The notes beneath the pieces are model-generated. The model worked only from the letters and a program-made list of their open reading frames with translations, was not told where the DNA came from and did not search any database. Shown here piece by piece: positions 29,401-41,400 of a stretch of DNA of 64,000 bases. Positions within the stretch are counted from its first letter, which is position 1; each line of letters starts with the position of its first letter. A program made the position numbers and the translations under genes. Origin of the DNA: Thalia democratica (Eukaryota); contig OZ241830.1 in NCBI GenBank assembly GCA_965202585.1, forward strand, positions 434,001 to 498,000, written 5' to 3'.

Positions 29401-32400
29401 AAGTTGTGTGACAAAAGTTTGATAAACAACAATGAAAATGTTGATGGTCTTATGTTAAAAATGAACAAACATCAGTTAGTAGTGCATAAAAGTTTCACAG
29501 ATGCTCTGGAAAAAAGTCCTTTAGACCTGTCCTTTAATTCATCTCATTCACAAAAATCACAAGAGAACAGTTTATCCACAAAAGTCACTTCTCAAAGTTT
29601 TGCTTCTACAAATGATGAATCTCAGCTTAGCAACAATCTTACTAAGATAGAAAATCATATAAGTTGTTTAGATTTGTCTTATAACTCAAAAAAAGATTAT
29701 ATAAAATCATCAACAAACCTTGAACAGAACTATCATATGGAGAAAAGTATCAATCAAAGTTTTACTAACAAAACAACTTCACAAAACTTTTACAGCATTG
29801 TAAATGAGTCTGAACTGGGAAATGTAAATTGCTTCACAAATAGTGACAAAAATTTGTTTGAAAATCAAATAATCTCGTCCAACTTATCAAATGTAAGAAA
29901 TAAGAATAAAGTTGATTCACCAAAAATTGAAGGTAATTATTTTTCAACAAATTGTTTCAATGAATTTACTCCCCCACTTTGTAACAACCTAAAAAATAAG
30001 TCACAAGCTACAATTGAAACTGATTTGTTTAATAATTGTTACAGTAAGTTTGTTGCTGATAAGTTGGCAAATAGAAATGATAACTATATTGATTGTAAAA
30101 TAACAGACAAAAACAAAACTTTTATACGGCCTGCTGCAGCTATTGTTAGTGAAAATTCAGAACATGAAAATCTTACCAGAAATGATAACAATTTGAATAC
30201 TACATCCAAAAAACTTAAAAAGCTTACTAAATCTAGACAAAGTGTAATTAATATTTCTTCTGAGAACAATTCAAAAAGTGTAACTAATTCACCTAAAACA
30301 GGAGTTTTAGATGACCAAAAGACATCATTAAAATTGAAAAAAGTTAAAATGATTAAAAATAAAAATAGATCAAATTTTAATATTCCAACACCTTACAAAA
30401 GATTAAATGGTTCAATCTCATCAATAAGCTCATCAGAAGGTGAACAAACAATTTCAAACATTTCCTTCAAGACAATTTACACTTCGCCTAGAGTAGCTCC
30501 ATCAACAAAATCAATTTCCTCTGATTCTTTCAAATCATTCACTGATAACAAGCCAGCTGATAAAAAGAAAACCAAAACTGTGATGAAGGGAAATTATGAT
30601 GATGATTTGTCAAGTTTAGGTGCCTCAACTTTGGTTTATTTGAATCAACACTTTTCCAACAACACTATTGACTCAAATATAAGCAATTAAAAGTTTTGAT
30701 ATATTCAGTTTGCTAGTTTTCATTGTTTAATAAATATGTAACTAAAACTTGGTGCTGTATGTAAATTTAATAGTGTAACTGCGATTTTTATATCTAATGT
30801 TTTAAATTTTACAGATTCTTTAGAACTTAGATTTTTATTTAAAGCCTATGATTTCATAAAACCACTATTTACCAGTGAAGATAATTTTTGCAGAAAGTTT
30901 TATAGAAACTTGAACTTTCAACTCCAACCGATCTCTAAGAATATGAAGTAAACTTATGTCATCTGATGGTATTCAGCAAAGAACTTATAAACAATATATT
31001 AAAAAAACTGTTGACTTCATATATACTATTTTACTGAGAATTTAAATCTTTGAGATTTGTGTGGATAAAATTTTAAGTGATAAGCAAATTTCATGATAAA
31101 GTCTAATGTTTATTTTGAGTATGGCAGAATTATGCTTGATTTTCAGATGAAGATTTAAGTTAGGTTTTTAACTAACTAAAATTAGAAGAAAAGTTTTTGT
31201 TTGTAAATTTAAAAAAAGTTCTTATTTGTTGGTTTGTTTTGATTAATTTTATTATGTTTTTATATCTTGTTTTTGTTTTTATTGTTATTTTAAAGATCAG
31301 ATACTTCTATTATCTTATATTTTTATTAGGAAAATAAACTCTGATTATTCAGTAAGTCATGATTATTATTATACTAAAATATTTATTATTTAATAAAATT
31401 TAGCATTTTTTAAACTTGAAAAAAAAATTAAGCTTGAATTGTATGAAAATTTTTAGATAAAATGTTATAAACTCTTTATTTGGCGTATTTTATAAATTTT
31501 TAAAAACAATTTAAAAAAAGTCTGAAATAGAATATCAGATTATTCTATTATACTAAGTACTTTGTTTGAAAATTATAATTAGTCCCATGTAAAGTTTTCA
31601 AAACTATTTATGTATTTTTAAATTAAGTTTTAATAGCTGAAGTTTGATAAATTTTTTTTGTTCTGCTTTGTATTTAAAACCAGTTTGTAATGCCTAATTT
31701 AAGGTTTTAAAATCGTTATTGTAATTAAAAGTAATTTATATATTTCAACTTCTATTTTAGGAAGTAAACGGCTTTAAAATATTTTTATAATACTTTCTAA
31801 ACATGTAATTTTTATTATTTAGTTTTTTAATGTTTTAAGTTTGTTTCAAAATATCAAATCGTTCCATTATACAAAGGCGGTTGTTTAAAAATGCTCAATA
31901 AAAAGTTTAGGATGGGAATTTTTGATGTACATTAAATTGAATTTATTTCAACTAAATAAACTAACTCATAGAGCAGTGGTCTTCAAGGTATGCACCCGTG
32001 CACACTAGTGTGCATAGAATTTATTTAACTGTGCACAGAAAATTTAGTAAGATTAAATAATATTTTGTAAATGATGTTTGCTTGATCTTTTTATATTATA
32101 AAAAACTTCATATAAGGTTGATTAATAGTTCTTAACACGTTAACTATATATTATGACGCTTAAAACTATAAAAAGGTAAAGCTTTTAATAGTAGTTTATA
32201 AACTCGATAGTCTAGTGTGCATGTAATTCTTTTCGATTAAATTACTGTGTACACTTGTTGAAAACCACTGTTCTAGAGCAATCATCAATTGGAAAATATT
32301 GTTGTGTTTTGATTTTATAGTTTCTTTTATTTCTTCACTTTGCTATTTAACTTTATTGGTTTGTTGATATTTTAATGTTTTTTCAGTGATAAACAATTTA

Positions 32401-35400
32401 TAACTCCGTAGAATTGTGTTATTAATTTAAAGATTTTTTAGTTAAAGAAAGTAACTTCTTGAGTTGTTACCAATTAAAGTATTTTATTGTATTTTGTTTG
32501 TATAGTTTCATTTATTAGCTTTATTCCTTCAATTTGTTGTTATTAATTTCTGAATGTTTTATATTTTTGATGATAAGCAATTTATAACTCCGTAGAATTG
32601 TGTTATTAAATTAATACAGTACAGTTTGATTAATGGTTTCTTTAAAGCATTAGTTTTTGCATATTTTTACTAAAACAGTTCAAATATTTAGTTACATTAA
32701 GGTTTTTGTTTTTGAAATGTGTAATTTTAATCAAATATGTTTTCATAGAAGTTTTTAACTTTTGATGTTTTATCAAATTGAATTTTATAGAGTTTATTTA
32801 TTGTAGAAATCAATATGCATTTTCAGAAATAGCTTATAAATTATTTTAAGTGTTTTATAAACTTTGTCAAACTGCAAATTGTTTTTAGTTTTGAAAGTTG
32901 AGTTTTTTTTTTGTTGGTGTCTTTTTAAAACAAAAAAAAAGTTGAAATATGTACAATAAAGTATTACTTTTTTAAATAAAATTTATTTATGAAATTACTG
33001 GTTTTAAACTTTAGTTACCTGGTTTAAACTAGTTTACTATGACAGAATAAGTATTTTCTGGAATAAGGTTTTACTTATGAAAAAATTAAAAACATAAAAA
33101 AAAAACATAACCAGTAAAGTTTATTAACTAAGTTTTAACCATGGTATTATTATATTACAACTGCTATTGAAAGCTTATTGTTTAAATAAAATAAACTTTA
33201 AAAGAGTATCTAATAATTTGATAGAGCTTGTTTTAAGGATTTAAACCCTTATATTATAAGTTATAACAGAAAGTAAAATAAACTAGTTGGAAAGACATAG
33301 ATTCCACAATACTTTTTTTTACCTTATAATTATCAATTCAATTCCATATCCGCTTTTCAATTGCCTTTTTAGTTTGGGAACTACTGGTTTAAATAAAGAT
33401 ATAGTACTAAAGCTATTCTTTAAATATGTGTTTTTCGAAAAAAAAAACTATATGAATTTATAATAGTATTAGTCATTTGATCCTTAGTATGTCAATATTT
33501 TCTAAACATTTATAATTTTATTAGTAGTGTTTTATTTAAAAGTTTCCTAAAGAATGAACAGTGTTTTGTAATAAATCAATTTTAACTGGGACAAAAATAT
33601 ATTGGTAATATTTTGTTTTGAACTTATCATATTATTGTAATTTAATTGTTATACTTATGATAATTTTATTTAAAAAAAAATAATTAAAACACAATGGAAA
33701 ATTTGTTACTAATTTTTTTTACCAAACTTGATATCACAAGGTTTTGATTTTAATGATAAGTTGTGAAAATTTTGGCTTTACTGCATTTTCGGGTTTATAA
33801 AGGTAGTGGAGTCATAAAGCTTAAAATATCAGTTTCCATTAGGTGCTTGTTTTGAAGTTTAAATTTTTTAAAGCCTTTGAATATTATTCAATTAGGTATT
33901 TTTAAAGTTCTTAACTAAAAATAATGACTTTTTTGTAGGAAACTAAGAACTTTTATTCAAAAAATTTAAAATGCATAAAAACTCCAAACTATTAAAACAA
34001 AATATGTAATAAAAATATATAAACTAACTGTTTAGTTCTAGTAATGAACTGATTAGCAAATTGAACAGAATCTTGTAGTGATTCTTGACTTCCATGTAAA
34101 ATCATGTCATTATCTCCATTTCCGTCGTAATTTCCACATAATCCTGTTTATTAAAAATGAATTATTTTCGGTTTATTTTCACCTTAATGTTTTATTAGTA
34201 GATGATTTAAATTTTAATTTACAAAAGGAAGAGTTTTGTAATGTTTTAGGGTTTCTCACCAAATTTTTATTAATACCTCTTTAGTAGAAAACTAAGAATA
34301 TAATAGTCCCTTTTAGTTAGTCATCGCCCCTTTACTAGCTATTACTTTTACAACCCCTTACTAGTTAATGCCCTAACATAACAATAGTAATCGCCCAATC
34401 AAGGAAACATTGTATAATAATTAGATAAAGCTTCAGTTTGAAAAAATCTCAAAAAACAAAAATTTAATCCCAAGTTGTTTATTTGGTACTAGTTTCAGTT
34501 AGCACAGCTGTACGTATATTCAGTTTTATTTATTTATATAAGTATACTAGAAAAAATATATTTGTAGTTTATTAAAAACTATTAATATATAAGATATTTT
34601 TACTATTTAAACGTTGTATGTTAGTAAATAAAAAAACTAGTAATAAATTTGATTAACAATATTCTTTAAAAGAACATTTATAATTAAAATTTAAGTATCT
34701 ATTTGAAAGTATTTTAAATAAAAATAGCTAATTTTTAGGCTATAATCATCTAAAACGTCTTAACTACTGTAAAGTTTAGTTTAAGACAGAAAAAGCAGAA
34801 TCTAATATAAAATTTTAAAATCATACTTTTATGAAAAAGGCAAAAATTTTTTAGAAAAAAAAAATGTTATTGTTCTATATAACTGAAACGTAATACAAAG
34901 CAAGGTACAAACAAAACTTAAAATATATTTTTAATATTTACTGAAGCTGTTTCAATTAACTATTGAATATAAAATAATAATTAAAAGTAGACAAATATCG
35001 ACATACAATCTTTAGAAACAACTTTTCAAAAAAATTACTTTGGAACTTTGATGAGTAATAAAAGTGCCAATAATCCAAATTGTACGATTAAACCACATTG
35101 ATATGTGGTTTTTAAAGTGTTTATGATTATTACTATAGCTGATCTCGCGGTCAAATAACATAATTAAACGTGTTTAATAATTTTACAAGTTCTTTTGACA
35201 TATTGTTAAAAATCTAATATTTGTGTGATAATTTAGGCTTTTAAATTATTTAAATAAAACATGTTTCTTATAGCACTCAAAATACCATTTCTACAAAAGT
35301 TCTGATGAACAATTTTAATTATAAACAAATATTTTACATATTAATACTTCATATGGACTAAAACCGGTTTAAACGTTTGAGTTTTAACAAAGTTATTATG

Positions 35401-38400
35401 AGAAAAAAGATAGTAAATATTTATTTCCTTACATTGTCGTAATGTCAGTTTTGTTAATTTAATTTATACATATTTTTAGTCAAATTTTTGACAAACAAGA
35501 GCTTCAAGAACTGATATTTCAGGTTACAAAATTTAATAATAAATCATTAAAAGCTTTTTAATGAAAAGCAAAGTTTATATACTTAAAGGTGGAAGTTGAT
35601 AAGTTAATAGTTTTTATTGAAAAATTTATGCAGTCACTGAGTTTTAAAACGGATGTTAAAACTATGGTATTCATAAAAATTAAAAATTAAAATGACAGTA
35701 TTTTTAATTATTGAATGTCAGTTTTAAAATATGTTCGCGGTGAAGCTAAGTAACTGCATAAATTTTTCATCAAATACTTTTGATCCCTAAACTTTCAACT
35801 TAAATTGGTTTCTTTGTTCAACCTGTTTCAACCACATAAAAAAATAAAAAATTACACATAAAAAATATGTTCGTATTATCTTTTAAAGATTAGTTTGTAA
35901 TAAAAAAGTTTAGTTTTGTAGAACAAACGTTTTTGAATTCTGTTGTTAAATTCAAAACTAAAAAAAATATTGTCACTAATTCTAAAACATTTGAAAAAGT
36001 TTTACATTTTTTTAAACAACATATTTGCTTTGTATTATACAATTTAAGGAATTTTATGGTTTTAGATTTTATAAAATGGTACAACTTTTCCAAAAAGTAT
36101 TATTAAACAAACTATAGTACTTACTTTATCTCTTAAACTAAAATTTTAAAATATTAAAACAAAACTTTACTTAAGAAGTCTCAAAAATGTAATCATCAGA
36201 TTAAAAAAAAAAAATGAAAATAGTATCTTTTTCCGACAATAAAACGTTTTTAAATCACGATTGAATAGTTCGAAAACCACAAAAATGAAAATAAAAATTT
36301 GATTTTTATTTCTAGACAACAATGTTTCATCATTAATTTGAAATTCAAGTAGTTATGATTGAACAAAGTCAGCTGTTTATAAATTTTATTAATTTTAGTA
36401 AACAAAAGTTTTTTTGTTGAAACACATTCCCTAAGATTATTATAAACGTATGTATAAAGCGGCTTTAAAGTTTTGCTACTGTTTTATTGAAAACTTTGAA
36501 AATAAGTTTATAGATATTCATAAAACTAGGTTGTGATAAAAAAAGAAGCTTTCAACTACAAAACACCATACAAATATTCTTCAAGGCTCTAAAATAGATC
36601 GCAATCATATTTAATTGTTTGAACCTTTTATATTAACACTCTTTCAGTAGCATTGAACGAAAACCACAAACATTTTATTGTTATCTATAATTAAAAAACT
36701 CATTTTTTTCTCATGATAATTAGACAAGGTTATTAATACCTACAACTTTTTTTTTCTCATAATCGTATTAAAGCCACAACTTTACACCTTGAGTTCTAAT
36801 AATTTTGTCACACAAACTTAAAATTTTTTCTCACTATTTTTATTCACAATTTTAGCAACATTTTATTTCAGTTATACTGTTGAGATTTATATAACTGAAA
36901 CAACAAATCAACAGACCTTCAATTTTACCCATGAAAAACTGGGGAAGTGTAACGGTGAACGAGTACAACCCATCGTACTGAACGATAAGCCCGTCCCTGG
37001 AAAGTTGAACGAAGTTACCAGAATGTTCGATTTTCAACCCGCTCACAGTGTTCAGGTAGGGAAGTTCTATCAGTTCGTCGTTTATCTGTGAAAATAATAA
37101 AAACTTTGTGAATTTGTTATATAAAAAATTAATGAACTAAAGTGTTTGTTTTAAAAGTCTGTACATTTAAAACAGTTGGCCTCAAAAATTTGAAAAACTT
37201 TGGGTGATAAAATACTTGAGTAATTATGATACACATTTATCACTTTATATACAGTAAAATACATAGCTTTTAGAAATGAGTTATATAATTTGGTAAAGCT
37301 GTAATGTAAAATTTAATGTAGAAACTAGCCAATTCAGCTTTTTATTTGAGTAATTACTGTTAAATGACGTAATAACTGCTTATAATAGCTAAATTATTTG
37401 AAACATATACAAAACCAACGTAAAGAACACACAAATCAACTTTTAAATACTAGTAAGCACGTTTTTAGATAAAAGAAAAGCACTTATTTATTTTAGTTTT
37501 AAACAGCTAAACATTGATAAATTAAAGTTAGAAAAAGCAGCTACATATACTAGTAAGTCAGGGAAAACATGACTAAAATAAATCAACAATAAAACAAAAC
37601 ATTTATATTTTTAAAACATGACGAGAACTAATACTTCAATAGAAATACACATGTTAATATTTCAGAGTTTTTTGTAATCTTTTGTCCATTTAGTTGTAAT
37701 TACAAGCCTTGTCAACATTGTTTACTAAACAAATTTCAGTAAATTCCCTTATACCTCTTCCTTGAAAATATTTACATAAAACTATTTTAGAAATAAATGA
37801 CAAATATATGAGTTATTGTCGTAACAAGCTTGGAAAATGTTTTGAATTTAATAAACTACGACTAAACTAAACGTTGTTAATACGAACTAAACAAACTTGT
37901 TATTCAATAAAAATAAGTATAATAATCTGTTAAAAGCTCTCATTTGAAATATAATGTTACATTTAAAAATCTTACAAATAATTATAATATATGTTTCCAC
38001 ATTAACAGAAAACTAACAAGACTTTTCAACAGTTTTAAATTTTTAACTTTTGATAAAAAAGGGTTTTTTACTATACTTATAATAAAATTTATAGTTAAAA
38101 CTATGCACAAAAACAAAATACCAAAAATTTATATAAAGAATAACAATAAAAAGTAGACAAAAAACATAGCAGAAAAGTACAAGTTTCTAATCAACATTTA
38201 GAACATTTGGTTTTAGGTTTGTAAATCTGTTGTAAGTTGTTTGGATTGCGTCAACCAATTGTTTCCGCTCAAGATTTATTTTTCATAAAAACAGTTGAAA
38301 AGTTACAATCATCATATTAAGTCATCAAAATTCACGTGCTCTTATAAGCTCAATGTTTATATACAAACTCTAATCACGTGTTAAATTGTAAGTTCGATGA

Positions 38401-41400
38401 GATCACGTGTTTAGTTTTCTTTTTCGGTTTTGATGTGATTCACTGTTTTTCATTGTAATTTGCAAAGAGCTTCACAAACTTTCTTTGAAGTTACAGAAAG
38501 GAAGTGTTTCCAAAAACTAAAAAAACTAGTTTTTTTAGTGCTTTAATTATAGGAGAAAAAAAAAAGCTTTTTACTTAACAAAAAACTAATAATACATAAA
38601 AAAGATTTTAAACTAAAACTTTCTCGATAAGTTTTTATTTACTATTAGATTTTTGTTGTCAAAACTTTTGTAGTAAAAAAAAAAATGATTAAAACTGTAC
38701 CGTTTAGTGGAAAACTGTATTAGGTACGGCAAATTAGAAGCTAGTAGCTATTTACTAATGATTGCAATAAGTAAATACAGTATACAAGAAACAAACACTG
38801 TAGAACAAAACAAGCTTTACAGCATCCAGTTATAATTTTTTCAACAAGTAGATGTTATTACTAAATATCTATCTTAATCAATAAATTACTAATTGTAAAA
38901 TAGTAGCTATTAGCTAGTTATTGGTCATCGCAATAACTAGCTACAAAAAAAAAAGCAAAAAGTTTACAAGTAAATATAATTACTCACCACAACTTTTCTC
39001 CCCTTCTTAAGTGTGACGACATACCTGTGGAATCTGACGACAATACTCGATACCCAACTTCTGTCACCTGAACCATCGCGTTTCTCTTTTACTACCTGAA
39101 CAAACATATTTAAATTAAGTTTAAGTAGATTAGTTGGTGTTTTAAAAATTGGTTAGTACAAAAAACTTGCTTGTATGATAATTCAAACTTTATTTAAAGT
39201 AAAAATAATTCAACAGAAAATGCAATTGAAATGTTTAAAAAGCTGTGATTAGAGTTTAAAACTTTATTTGTAAACGTTTATGTTGTCTTTCTGTAAAATT
39301 TTCAAAAAAAAAACATTTATTAAGTATGTCAAAAAATTATAACATCTGTTTAAACTACAATTAAATTTTTAGCAGAATATAGTTATAAAACCTATGTTCA
39401 AAACAGCATTGAGAATTTCAATCAAACTGATTGTTTTTTCAAAAAATTATCATGTAAGAAAAAATTAAAAAAAAAAACATTATTCTCTTAGATTTCTTGA
39501 AATTATTATTTTACCATTAATCAATAAAAAAATCAGATAAAGTGTTTAAAAAAAAACTGCAAAATTAACGCTAGTAGATGTAGCTAAAGATTAATTTTAA
39601 CTTACAAGAAATTTAATTTAAGGTTAATATTGTACTAAAAATAAACTCAAAAAAGAAATGTTTAAACGCAACTAAAGTTTTAACTTCTGTATATTCGAAA
39701 ATGTATAATCGAAAATGCCATAATCTCACCAACTAAGCATAAACACAATAAATTTCACACTTTAATTAAAACACCATTCTAATTATTTACTGTAAACTTT
39801 CGCGTCCGTTTATCTATATGAGATATATTTAAGCTGTAAGTTTTGAAAACACAAGCAAGATTTTGAAACTGATTATAATATTTTTCATTATAAGTACAAT
39901 GTACTACTGGTTCTTAATACACGTTTAATAAGCTTAATGTTAAGTTTTACCGGATTTGGTAGTTAGTTTTTGTTTAAGTGTATACAAATTAGAAGCACTA
40001 GAGAATAGACATTTAGTCTACAAAATTTCATTAGACCATGCATTAAACCAAATTATTACAAGATAAAGGTTTTATCATAACTTAAACCTACAATATCGGC
40101 ACATTATTAATTAGTTTTAAATTTATAATAAAAAAAAACAAACTGCACAAAATCATAAACGGCATATTTTTTTCTATTAGTAAATATTTTGTTACACTTT
40201 GATTGTAAAAAACAAAACAAAACATAATTTTTAAAACTAGTTATTAGATAAAGACATATTATCAATTACATATTATCAATATCTTACCTCAACAACGAAA
40301 GGTTTTTTAGTTTTAGCGGAAATTTTCGTTCGAGCGAGTACGTAACTGCAATCTCCCGGGAAGTTAACTTGGCTTCCATCAAAAGTTGAAAAATGAGACT
40401 GACCCATTCCGTAACATGTTTTTGGCTCATCTGTTATTAGTATATTGATAAAGCTTTCACAATTTTTGACTAATTCCTTAATATATCTTTTTTAACTTTG
40501 AGCTAAAAATTTTGTTGTAAATTTATTATAATGCATGTATAGATTATAAAAGTTTTGTTCCGTCGAATGTATTAATCTACTATCAAATTACGACAAATTA
40601 ACCTTATATATTTGTTATAATGTTAAAAAAAAATACTTTCTGCATTTTATGCTAAACATTTAACAGCTATTGATAACTAAATTTATTCTAAAATAATAAA
40701 TGCTTTAGAAACGGTGCTATACCTGACAGCTTTAAGATACTTCAACATAGTTTAAAAGTGTTGAAAAAAACTCAAATTTTATGTCTACAAAAAAAAAAGT
40801 TAATCTTACCATCTCTGCCTTTAATTTCCCTGATTTTAACAACGAATCCCTTTCCAGTAGTTCTATCATCAGAATGGAAATTAATAGTCATGATATTTTC
40901 GTTGCTCGTAAAAACAGATTCTTTTACGGGGCCGCATATTTTGTGAACAACCCCAGAGTTTGATTTTGTTCCGTTAAACAGCTGAAATGTATTTTAAATT
41001 AAAAACACAACGTCTGTGGTTGTCATTATTACGCTAGGAACACACGTTTTAAAGCCACAAAAACAAAGATTTAAAGTTCAAAAGTTTATACAAGTTTTTT
41101 TTTTACTATTATAAGTAACTGCGGTGTGTTTTAAACTTTTCAAAAAAGGTGTGAAAATTTTCGAAAATTGTTAAAAAGACTATCTTCACACTGAGTAATG
41201 TTTTAAAAATATTTTTGTGGTAAGAAAATCCAACAGATTAAACAAATTTACAGACCGCAGAAGTAAAAGTAATTAAAATAAAAAACTAAAACTCCAAAGG
41301 TTTTCGTTTGACCAAAATAAGGAATTTTAACGTGATTTATTTTTATTTTCATGATGAAATAAATTTCTGATGTAAATTTTATTTTTCCTTAACAGTGAAA

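Noticed and set aside
28198-30690. Gene D as a transposon ORF
   Set aside because: No RT, transposase, integrase or gag motifs and no flanking LTR or TIR.
34306-34400. Short degenerate repeat (ccc-tt-actag, about 3 copies)
   Set aside because: Too short and degenerate to interpret.
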